A DNA stretch of 40,000 nt, from assembly GCA_004020645.1 (NCBI GenBank), contig SAQL01000025.1:45274-85273 (forward strand), given 5' to 3'. The first letter of the stretch is position 1. Each line of letters opens with the position of its first letter. The notes beneath the pieces were generated by a model. The model ran no database searches, was not told where the DNA came from, and worked only from the letters and a program-made list of their open reading frames with translations. Source of the DNA: Mesorhizobium sp. Its GTDB lineage: Bacteria; Pseudomonadota; Alphaproteobacteria; Rhizobiales; Rhizobiaceae. The translations under genes and the position numbers were made by a program. Shown one piece after another: positions 25,506 through 33,719 of the stretch.

Positions 25506-26137
25506 CTGATTCCAAGTTGCTTGTGGGTTTGAAGGCTGAGTTGCCAACGAGGGTTCGCCAGGCAATAGGCGACTGCGTCCTGCGTATTAGATGCGCGATC
25601 AGGCCCATCCATTGGCTGGAGCAGGAAATGATCGAAGGCCAGCGCTTCAAAGCGCCGCGGTTCTGCGCCCACCTGCGGAAATACCAACTTGAGTTCGTTT
25701 CCGGTTTTAATCGCGATTTCAGTACCTGACTTTGGACTGACGCAAACCCAGTCGATCCCTGGAGGTGGCGTGAGCGTACCATTGGTTTCGACGGCGACCT
25801 CGAACCCTTTGGCATGCAAGGCGTCGATGAGAGGCGGGTCGATTTGGAGCAGCGGTTCGCCGCCTGTTAATACCACGAACCTGCGCTCAGAGAGTGACGG
25901 TGACCATTTCGCCTCAATGGCACTCGCCAGGTCATCGCATGTTGCAAAGCGACCACCGCCGTCGCCATCCGTGCCTACAAAATCCGTGTCGCAGAACTGG
26001 CACACGGCCTTCAGGCGATCGGCTTCCCTGCCGGACCAAAGATTGCACCCGGTGAACCGGCAAAAAACGGCCGCGCGTCCGGCCTGGCGGCCCTCACCTT
26101 GGAGAGTGTAAAACATTTCCTTAACTGCGTAACTCAT
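25502..26137 (-). CDS. queE: 7-carboxy-7-deazaguanine synthase QueE (radical SAM)
   Basis: The N-terminus is MFYTLQGEGRQAGRAAVFCRFTGCNLW. The cluster motif C-x14-C-x2-C (CNLWSGREADRLKAVCQFC) is of the Burkholderia-type QueE kind. Confidence 0.9.
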   Translation of the reverse strand: MSYAVKEMFYTLQGEGRQAGRAAVFCRFTGCNLWSGREADRLKAVCQFCDTDFVGTDGDGGGRFATCDDLASAIEAKWSPSLSERRFVVLTGGEPLLQIDPPLIDALHAKGFEVAVETNGTLTPPPGIDWVCVSPKSGTEIAIKTGNELKLVFPQVGAEPRRFEALAFDHFLLQPMDGPDRASNTQDAVAYCLANPRWQLSLQTHKQLGIR

Positions 26138-26143
26138 AGCTTT

Positions 26144-27232
26144 TCACGCTGCCCGTGCGGATTCGGCGAGGCGCCGCTTGAGGACCTGGACTAGGTGAAG
26201 TGATAGTTGGCGGACATCGGACGGAACGTTCTGGAGCCCATTCCAACGTCGGCGCTCAGCGCCGAACTCCCACTCGCCCTCGCTCCAAGCGGTCTTTCCC
26301 TGCAGTAGTCGCAAGCCACTCGCGAATTCGTCGCGTGTAGAAGCGCCTGTAACGCTGTTGAGAAAATCCATGACATAACCGAGGGCGATGATGCCCGTGC
26401 CATGGATCAACCGAGACGTTTTGGGCGTCTTACCGGACCAATCGTCTGCAAAGACGTGTTGGACTGCATGGTAGAACTCGCTCATCATTGTGACGCCCTG
26501 ATCAAGCAAAAGCTTGTCTTCGCCGGCGTAAAGGCGCAGAGCCCCGTCACTCAGCGAGTTCATGATAACCCGCTGCAGCACAGTGTCCCGGATGACCCCC
26601 TTTGGGTTGGTTTGCTGCTTGATCAAACCCCTTAGGGACGATCCCTTGCGATAGTTGAGCGCCTCTGTAGCCAGTGCCGCTTGTGATCGGCTTGACATGC
26701 GGTGCGGCAGATCTCCCACCTTTGGGAGCAGTTCGTACACTAGGGCCTTTGGCAACGGGCGCGTGTTATTCACAAGGATGAACTGTTTTTGCAATTCCTC
26801 CTCTGTCTCACAGAGGAAACCCGACACGAGCACTTCGAAGTCGCGGCCTCGCAGTTCCGAAAGCGCCGTAAAACGCTGTTGTCCATCAACGATCCAACCG
26901 GGCGGGCCCTTGGACGTATCTATGACCAGTTGGCAGAGGCGACTTTCCGGATTCGTCACTGGCTCTAACCAAGCTTGCCCCATGAAGGCGACCACGATGG
27001 CATTGGGCAAGATTGAGTTCGGCTTTTCGAGATAATCACGGATTTCGCGAATGTGGCCCGCGATCTGCGGCCGCTGGAAGCCCTGGAGCGCCCCCGCGTC
27101 ATCGCGACCCGCCCGTTCGATACGAGCAATGCGTGCGACTTCTGCAGCATTTGCAATGAAGGTGAAAACCGTCAGTTTCTCGCTTTGAACCGGTGCCAGC
27201 GCATCAAACCGAAGAAAATGTTGATTGTTCAT
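26144..27232 (-). CDS. DGQHR-domain (DndB/ParB-like) protein, DpdB/DpdC-type paralog 1
   Basis: Motifs GFQRPQIAGHIREIRDYL, ILPNAIVVAF, WIVDGQQRFTAL and QFILVNNTRPLP. ATGA overlap with the dpdA stop. Colinear with the 379-aa paralog. Confidence 0.75.
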   Translation of the reverse strand: MNNQHFLRFDALAPVQSEKLTVFTFIANAAEVARIARIERAGRDDAGALQGFQRPQIAGHIREIRDYLEKPNSILPNAIVVAFMGQAWLEPVTNPESRLCQLVIDTSKGPPGWIVDGQQRFTALSELRGRDFEVLVSGFLCETEEELQKQFILVNNTRPLPKALVYELLPKVGDLPHRMSSRSQAALATEALNYRKGSSLRGLIKQQTNPKGVIRDTVLQRVIMNSLSDGALRLYAGEDKLLLDQGVTMMSEFYHAVQHVFADDWSGKTPKTSRLIHGTGIIALGYVMDFLNSVTGASTRDEFASGLRLLQGKTAWSEGEWEFGAERRRWNGLQNVPSDVRQLSLHLVQVLKRRLAESARAA

Positions 27233-28518
27233 ATGCTCTCCTGCCGGAATTCGCTCAAGTGGGTGTGAAAGACGTGTAGGTTGTGGATTCCGCGTCGCTT
27301 GTTACGATTTGAGGTGCGGAAGATCACGGCCTCCACACCGCTCTCCCGACAAACTCGGCAGCTGCACCGCTCCCAGGGCCGATCGCCAAGGGTGTGGGCA
27401 TAGACCTTGCGCTGTCGGGTTGCGGCGTCCGCACGACGGCTCGGTGATGCCTCGTCGTGCCAGTTCAGGGCGGCCCAATAGTCCATCACGGCATCAAGGC
27501 TTTGGTCCAGGGTCGCGCCGCCGTCGGCATAAGCACGCACGCCGCGAAGCGCGGCATCTTCAAGACGCCTCGCGTCCTCCTGGTTGAGGCTGCCTTCCAG
27601 CGCCTTATGCTTGAGCTTGTTGTTCTGGGTAGCCTGCGGAATACGAATTGCGGTGTAGTATGAGAGATCGCCGTCGGCCGTCCGCACCCAGTAATTCTTC
27701 CGGGCGTCCTTGAAGGCACGCAAAAGCGGAGACGTCGTGTCGAAACTGGTGACGCCGTACTGTTCCAGCGCGGCCAGTTCCTCGATTTTGCCAAAGCCCA
27801 GGAGATGAAGTCGGATCCTGTCGGGGAGAGTCTCACGCAACGCTTGTAAGACACGGCGAATCTGATCGATCCTCAACGGCACAGTGCCGCCGATGGCTAA
27901 ATAGTCATATCCCATACTGGCCAGGTTGCGGGCAGCCTGCGCCATACTCTCAGCCGACCATCCCTGTATTACGCCCATTGGCGTGAAGCCTGGGCCTACG
28001 CCTGCGGCGGATTTGTAGAACTCGGTCGCATTCTGAAGAGTGATTTCGTAGCGACGACGCACATCCTCTGGCACGTCATCCATGGTCCGCGTCAAACCAA
28101 TGTCGTCAAAGTCAAAGATAAGGTGATCGGGCGAACAGCCGTGCGTGAAGCCGCCGTCAGCATAGAATTCCGCTGTGTCGTCGGCGCTATACGGCGGCTC
28201 CGGTAGATTCCGATAGGTGAAGGCGCCGCAGTCGCCCATCATCAGGCTTCCCGGAAATCGATCGAGCGGATAGCGCAGAAAGCGTCGGGCGCCCTCGCGA
28301 CGAAAGCGCATCGACTGTGCTTCCGAATATTTTCCTGGCTGCCGCGCATCGCCCACGATGGTGCGGGAAACCAAGATTCCGTCATACGGCGCCTGCTCTA
28401 GGAACTCGTGAGGGTACTGATCATCGCGGTGAACTGATCGGCCGGCGCCGTTGCGATCCGCGACGAAGTCATACTCAGGGTCGATCGTATCGACGCTGTC
28501 TGCGAACACGAACCGCAT
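27229..28518 (-). CDS. dpdA: DNA-guanine transglycosylase DpdA (TGT-like, tgtA5 family)
   Basis: 429 aa. The core is TGT TIM-barrel-like (MMGDCGAF, YLAIGGTVPL, LHLLGFG). The C-terminal signature is CSCRVC...IFRTSNRNKRRGIHNLHVF. It is embedded between DGQQR proteins and queCDE. Confidence 0.85.
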   Translation of the reverse strand: MRFVFADSVDTIDPEYDFVADRNGAGRSVHRDDQYPHEFLEQAPYDGILVSRTIVGDARQPGKYSEAQSMRFRREGARRFLRYPLDRFPGSLMMGDCGAFTYRNLPEPPYSADDTAEFYADGGFTHGCSPDHLIFDFDDIGLTRTMDDVPEDVRRRYEITLQNATEFYKSAAGVGPGFTPMGVIQGWSAESMAQAARNLASMGYDYLAIGGTVPLRIDQIRRVLQALRETLPDRIRLHLLGFGKIEELAALEQYGVTSFDTTSPLLRAFKDARKNYWVRTADGDLSYYTAIRIPQATQNNKLKHKALEGSLNQEDARRLEDAALRGVRAYADGGATLDQSLDAVMDYWAALNWHDEASPSRRADAATRQRKVYAHTLGDRPWERCSCRVCRESGVEAVIFRTSNRNKRRGIHNLHVFHTHLSEFRQESI

Positions 28519-29657
28519 CAGGCGACCTTTGCGAATGCGTGCATGTGATCGAGGCGCGCTAGGTGGCCAGACAACAGTTTGATGTCGCGTCCAACGTTCT
28601 GAATCTCATTCCAATCGCGCTGCAACTCCGCCCATCTGCCGTTGGTCCAGCGACAATATGGAGCGATCCGCGTCAGGGACTCCGTCGCGTGGAGTAGCAG
28701 GTCCGTCCCAGGCGCCGCTCGCGACATGATACGGTCCATCAAGAGGCTCATCGCCTCGACGCCCGCTGAGTGCATAAGCCGACTTTCGGTAGGTGGGCGA
28801 CCCCATGCCTCAGGAAAGACGCGACGGACAGCGGTCCAGTAAGCGACAAGTGCACGGTACATCGCATCCACGTCCGCGGGACACTCTGCTGTCGCCTTAT
28901 ACGGGGCGAGTGAGCCAAGGGCGCTATTGATGCTGTTGCGGATCGCCTTGATCAATGCCGAGTCAGTGACAACGGCGGTCGTGGAATCTTCAGAAAGCCG
29001 TTTGATAAGGCCTTGGAACGGAGAATCAGAAGAGGTTTGGAGCAGATTGACGAGTTCGCTTGGGATTTTCCGAGACGACAAGTCACGCGGAAAGGCTGTG
29101 TCTACTTCTGGAAGTAGTTCGTTGATCAGCCGAGGGTCGAGCGGTTTCGCCTTGTTGACCAAGATGAACTGTTCGCGATGGACGGACAATTCCTCTGACA
29201 CAAAGGCGACGACGGGAACGGGAAAGCTCTTGTTCTGAGCTTGAGACAGGGCAATCGAACGCTGTTGGCCATCGACAATCCAAGCCGCCTTTGGGCCGTC
29301 GTTTGGAAGTGGGATCCGCAATGTTCCCGCCTCACACGACCTTACGTCGCCGCCAGGCTTTTCGCCCCTTGTCTGGGTGAAACGTGCGCGCGGCGAGAGC
29401 GCGAGAATGATGGCGTTCGGGAAGAGCACGGGCCCCTGATCAAGGAACTCCGTGATCGCTTGGACGTGGCTCTTAATGCCCTTGCGCTGAAATCCGTGCA
29501 GAGACCCTTCGCCGTCCCGGTGAACGCGGCTGATCTCGGCAAACTTGAGAAGGTCGGCACCAGCGACAAAGAATGCATAGACAGCTTTATCAGCCTGTTC
29601 GGTGCGGACCGCGCGAACAGCGAGCGTTGCCTCCTTGGCCTTTCGCGGACGCGTCAT
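28518..29657 (-). CDS. DGQHR-domain (DndB/ParB-like) protein, DpdB/DpdC-type paralog 2
   Basis: Motifs GFQRKGIKSHVQAITEFL, LFPNAIILAL, WIVDGQQRSIAL and QFILVNKAKPL. Its stop shares one base with the dpdA ATG (TGATG). Its ATG overlaps the upstream stop (ATGA at 29654-29657). Confidence 0.75.
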   Translation of the reverse strand: MTRPRKAKEATLAVRAVRTEQADKAVYAFFVAGADLLKFAEISRVHRDGEGSLHGFQRKGIKSHVQAITEFLDQGPVLFPNAIILALSPRARFTQTRGEKPGGDVRSCEAGTLRIPLPNDGPKAAWIVDGQQRSIALSQAQNKSFPVPVVAFVSEELSVHREQFILVNKAKPLDPRLINELLPEVDTAFPRDLSSRKIPSELVNLLQTSSDSPFQGLIKRLSEDSTTAVVTDSALIKAIRNSINSALGSLAPYKATAECPADVDAMYRALVAYWTAVRRVFPEAWGRPPTESRLMHSAGVEAMSLLMDRIMSRAAPGTDLLLHATESLTRIAPYCRWTNGRWAELQRDWNEIQNVGRDIKLLSGHLARLDHMHAFAKVA

Positions 29658-30619
29658 GCGGCTCCCCTTTGCTCGATAGCGGCTCGGTAGAGACGACTAA
29701 ACCGCGATTGCTCGCATGCAACACCCTCTTCATCTCGAAGCGCACGGAGGATTCGTGCAATGCCTGATTGCGACCGAAGGCGCGCCAAAATTAGCTGAAC
29801 GATCTCCGCATCGTTGCGGCGTAGGCGGCGAGGGCGGTCAGGGGCCGCCACTCCTCCAATGGCAGCCTCTACGGCTGCATAATCGGCGTCTCGGTCATAA
29901 GCGTCGCGTTTGGTCGCCACCAACCGAACAAAGTGGAGCATGGCCCGCTGAGAAAAGTCGGCCCGGGTACCTGGAAGGATCGCATCCAACCGATCGTCGT
30001 AGGGCAGGACCGATGGCGCGAGTGTAACTGGTAAGGCCGATGCAAGAGATGCGCCGAAGATTCGCAGCCGCGCCAAGGCTTGAGGTCCCAGTTCACTCAA
30101 GCTCTTACCTACCATCTCGGCATATGGACGGGTAAGCGCGATGAGCACTCGCCCAGAACCTTGGCCGAATGCGTCGCCCCATTGATCCGAATACGCACCT
30201 GACATAAGGCTGGCAAACCAGGCGCCGGGATCGAACTCATCCGTTACCCGTGCCGCGACGGACTCAGCGTGCCCCCCGGACACAGTGAGCCCATAGAGTG
30301 GGACTTGCCGGTTTATATCCACCAGGCCCAACCCGGCAGAAAGGACGTAAAGCTTGGCCTCGGCGATATTTGCGGCCTGGGTCGCGAGTCCAAACCCTCG
30401 ACCAGCGTAGAGTGCGCCGGCGGAGGCCGCGAGCGGTAGCGCCCGCATCTTCGTGTTCCAAGCAGTCTGAATCACCTCCTGTGGACCCAGGCGCAAAGAA
30501 ACTGCTGTTGCCGCGAACGGCGCTCGCGCCATTTTTCGATGGGTGCAGATAGTAATCAGAGCTGCAATCGGCTTCGGGGTTGAGTGTTCGAGGGTTCGCG
30601 CAACTGCTGCCGGAGTCAT
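29654..30619 (-). CDS. Hypothetical protein, first gene of the dpdA/que operon; DUF6884/YaaA-like N-terminal pattern plus C-terminal HTH-like tail
   Basis: ALITICTHRK...ALYAGRGF...LYVLSAGLGLV...VPLYGLT resembles the DUF6884 pattern as I recall it (C..K...Y.G..F...ILSA..G...P.Y..T). The C-terminus, EIVQLILARLRSQSGIARILRALRDEEGVACEQSRFSRLY, looks like a resolvase-type HTH. Confidence 0.5.
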   Translation of the reverse strand: MTPAAVARTLEHSTPKPIAALITICTHRKMARAPFAATAVSLRLGPQEVIQTAWNTKMRALPLAASAGALYAGRGFGLATQAANIAEAKLYVLSAGLGLVDINRQVPLYGLTVSGGHAESVAARVTDEFDPGAWFASLMSGAYSDQWGDAFGQGSGRVLIALTRPYAEMVGKSLSELGPQALARLRIFGASLASALPVTLAPSVLPYDDRLDAILPGTRADFSQRAMLHFVRLVATKRDAYDRDADYAAVEAAIGGVAAPDRPRRLRRNDAEIVQLILARLRSQSGIARILRALRDEEGVACEQSRFSRLYRAAIEQRGAA

Positions 30620-31282
30620 CGATAACTGCGCCTCAAAAAGCCCGCTTGCCTATTTATTTTCATTGTCGAAACTACATCTGGTGTGTTTTGGGGCTTTCGC
30701 TACAAGCGGCGGTCCCCGGCACGGTGTTAGTCCAATAGCTACGGCAAACTGACGTCTTTTGCAATCGGTGGGCGCAATAAATGCAGGCCCTACTGAAACT
30801 TTGGTGTGAATGACTGCAGTTATTGGGCCTTTTGCGCACTTTCTGTTGAGCAAAGGCCCCGATTTCGAGGTGCGAGTCTCCCCCTGCCATGCTCGGAAGA
30901 GCGGTTCCCTGAGTCGGCAATCGGATCGCGAGATCGCTGTCCCTACCTGTGGGAATTCTTGGACGCTGCGTGATCAGTGGGGAATCTGCACGTGAGTTGA
31001 ATATCCGCTATTTTGTGATGTGTAGTTTGCGACTGATCGGGACCGAGTCTTTGTACAAGATGATCGAATGTTGGAGGATAGGGTGTAGGTTGCAGTTGCG
31101 GACAAAGCGAACATTCCCCCAAGTGAAAACGACATCGCCCGCTCTACGCTGGCTACGACTAGAGGATGTGTCTGCTCAAGAGTGGCAAGCAGGACAACAG
31201 GCTAAGATGCAACACAGATCTTCTCGCGGGTGTGACAGCTGCAATCTGTTCAGGGTGCAATGAAAATAGAGACGGATGTGAA

Positions 31283-31804
31283 ATGATGACCTTGCAGCGC
31301 AGATATCCGGTAGCCCTTGCGATCGCGGTGTTCCTCATTTGCGGTCCAGTGTTGGCCCAATCAGCTATGGAACATCACGTCTGGCAGGATAAGCGCAAAT
31401 TCGACCCGTATAGCCGCACCGCAAAGTCGATCACCGGTGCAATACGGCTCTCCGGAAATCCGGGTTTCGCCAGCCGCGGTAGCAAGTTGACGATCACATT
31501 CGAGAACGGCAAAAATGTCGAGCTGACGTCGGTGGGCGCATCATGGCGTCCGTGGGAGGAGGCGGACGACAGGATGGCGACCGCGGAAGTCTTCAAAATG
31601 TCACGGGATCCGGGCGCTCTCAAAAACGGCAACACGCTTTGCGGCGTTCCGAAATTTGATCCGGCCCGATACATTGTGTTTCTCGAAAAGTCGTCGTCCG
31701 GAAATTCTCCGCTGCTTGGGATGGCGGTCTTTGGATCAAAGAAAGCTCCGCACGACGTCAATAGCCAAGGCCTCTGCGGCACTTTCAACTATTCTACCGA
31801 CTGA
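31283..31804 (+). CDS. Secreted/periplasmic hypothetical protein
   Basis: From ATG 31283 the N-terminus MMTLQRRYPVALAIAVFLICGPVLAQS is a signal peptide with an AxA-like cleavage site. The ORF track start at 31166 is probably too far upstream. Confidence 0.55.
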   Translation: MMTLQRRYPVALAIAVFLICGPVLAQSAMEHHVWQDKRKFDPYSRTAKSITGAIRLSGNPGFASRGSKLTITFENGKNVELTSVGASWRPWEEADDRMATAEVFKMSRDPGALKNGNTLCGVPKFDPARYIVFLEKSSSGNSPLLGMAVFGSKKAPHDVNSQGLCGTFNYSTD

Positions 31805-31893
31805 AGGAGGGCCGTCTGCGCGATTCGGTCGCTGCGATAGGGCTTTCGGATATTCGCGTCGTCGCGGTATAAGGTCCGAGGGTCGGGGACTTC

Positions 31894-32706
31894 ATGGCAG
31901 TACCAATTTTTTTTGATCGTTATCGCGACGTCATCAATCGGCGTGGTGAAGCGGCAGCTCGAACACCAGAGACGCTCCTCGATGTCGATGGACGAGACGA
32001 ACTCTTTTATATTCCGTTCGAACACGTGAATTCGGCCGCTCGCCTGGTGGTCGTCGGGATCACTCCCGGCCCAGACCAGATCGCGCTCGCATACCGGACA
32101 GTCAGCAGTAAGATCAAGGTTGGGCTGACTAACGAGAAAATTCTCGCCGAAGCGAAGAAACATGGAGCATTCGGCGGTCCGACGATGCGACCCAAACTGC
32201 TGCAAATGATGCGACATTTCGGCTTCTCCGAACTCCTGGGAATTGAAAGAGAAGAGGATCTATGGGCGCATCGAAGTGATCTACTGCATGCAACCTCCAT
32301 AGTCCCCCATGCGGCATTCCGGAGGGGAAAGCCCTTTGCTGGCAGTTTTGACGACGTTCTGCGAACTCCGGTCTTCCGGGAGAGTTTCGAAAGAGATTTT
32401 GTGCCGTCGCTTTCGATGCTGAACCCTGATGCGCTTTATGTTGGCCTTGGTCCTACGCCTCTCGCCGCGCTTGATCGGTGCGCGGAGCAAGGATTGATCC
32501 GCCCCGATCAGGTGTTGGGCGCTTTTGCGCACTCGTCAACGAACGGGGGCAGCCAGGTCGACGTCTATCTTGGTCTCAAATCGATCGACGCTCTAAACGA
32601 AAAAGACCCCGTCCGGTATCGGAGCGATTTCTTGTTGCCTGCGTACGAACGCATGAAGGCGGTGACAGATCGCCTTCATGCCGCAATGAAGGCTGCGGCC
32701 GAATAG
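31894..32706 (+). CDS. Hypothetical protein with a uracil-DNA-glycosylase-superfamily-like motif layout
   Basis: The order of elements matches the UDG fold. A beta1 plus motif-A-like stretch is RLVVVGITPGPDQ. A mid strand is ATSIVPHAAF. Then comes ALYVGLGPTPLAAL, and a C-terminal motif-B-like stretch GAFAHSSTNGG (compare HPS). By-eye inference only. Confidence 0.4.
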   Translation: MAVPIFFDRYRDVINRRGEAAARTPETLLDVDGRDELFYIPFEHVNSAARLVVVGITPGPDQIALAYRTVSSKIKVGLTNEKILAEAKKHGAFGGPTMRPKLLQMMRHFGFSELLGIEREEDLWAHRSDLLHATSIVPHAAFRRGKPFAGSFDDVLRTPVFRESFERDFVPSLSMLNPDALYVGLGPTPLAALDRCAEQGLIRPDQVLGAFAHSSTNGGSQVDVYLGLKSIDALNEKDPVRYRSDFLLPAYERMKAVTDRLHAAMKAAAE

Positions 32707-32819
32707 GGCGACTGGGAAACAATGGGTTGGAGTGCATATCAGGCTTATATTATGCTGCCGCTTGCGCAGCATCAGGGAGGAAAGATGAGTCTTAGTGTGC
32801 CGCAGAACGGGGGTTCTGA

Positions 32820-33719
32820 TTGGAACCCTATCGGATAGATTTACCGCGTACTTACGCGTTTTGGGATGACGTTGACGGCAAGAAGGAGGACTGGGGTCCC
32901 CGCCTTTGGTCATTGATAAGCTCCGCAATCGACTTTGAGCCGCCCGTCGTTTTGGTCGATCGGGAGACTTATGGGTTCGTCAGGGACAGGATGATCAGCT
33001 ACATCCACGCCCGCTTGGTCACCCGAGCACGCCAGATTGATCTGGAGATGGCCACCTTCCCGGAGGATGCGAGGCAGGATCGACTGGCAGACACGGTCGA
33101 GGAAGTCCTCTCGCTCGGCGAGGAACAGCGGCAGGAGATTGCCTGGCTACTGTCGAGGATCAGCGCTCGGATTCGGAGAAAGGGGGCAGTCCTGACAACC
33201 ACGCAGCGGCGAGAGGTCGAGGACTTCGCCTCTGGCAACGGCCACCGATGCTATATCTGCGGTCGTGGTCTGCATTACGCGGATCGCCCGCACCCCGACG
33301 CCGAGATGAAGAACGCGAATTATCGTTCGTTCGAATTGGACCACATGTTCCCCCAGAAGCGGGGTGGCAGCAGGTCGCGGGCGAACCTCGCGGGGTGTTG
33401 TGAGTCCTGCAACAAGTTCAAGGATGTGAAGCTATCATTCGCTGATGAGGCGGTTGAAGCCTTCATCACGGCGTCGATGGATAGCGTGAAGGTGGCAAGA
33501 GCGTTCCACGCCAGAGCGCGTTTCCTAGTCCTGTGGCGACAGAAAGGCGAGTGTGCCCGATGCTCGATAAAATTCTATGATGCGCCCGACGAGCGTCTTT
33601 TCTTGTTCAGGAAGAACCAGGGCGACGTCTACCATTTCCTGAACGTCGAGATAGGCTGCGGCGCTTGCGGAGATCTGCACGCGGGAGCGGAGGAAGAGGG
33701 AATCAAGATACGTGATTAG
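32820..33719 (+). CDS. HNH endonuclease-domain protein
   Basis: CYICGRGL...FELDHMFPQKRGGSRSRANLAGCCESCNKFK is a CxxC...DH..P...GG...NL...C..CN..K HNH core. A second Cys pair is CARCS...CGACG. The start is TTG, directly after an in-frame stop. A 17-codon ORF with a strong SD sits just upstream in another frame (32785-32838). Confidence 0.7.
   Translation: MEPYRIDLPRTYAFWDDVDGKKEDWGPRLWSLISSAIDFEPPVVLVDRETYGFVRDRMISYIHARLVTRARQIDLEMATFPEDARQDRLADTVEEVLSLGEEQRQEIAWLLSRISARIRRKGAVLTTTQRREVEDFASGNGHRCYICGRGLHYADRPHPDAEMKNANYRSFELDHMFPQKRGGSRSRANLAGCCESCNKFKDVKLSFADEAVEAFITASMDSVKVARAFHARARFLVLWRQKGECARCSIKFYDAPDERLFLFRKNQGDVYHFLNVEIGCGACGDLHAGAEEEGIKIRD

Noticed and set aside
30620-30720. Possible preQ1 riboswitch or other leader upstream of the dpd/que operon.
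   Set aside because: I could not find the compact preQ1-I/II consensus (stem plus A-rich tail pairing with the SD) on the minus strand. Only a plain GAGG SD about 13 nt before the ATG is visible. An Rfam scan would be decisive.
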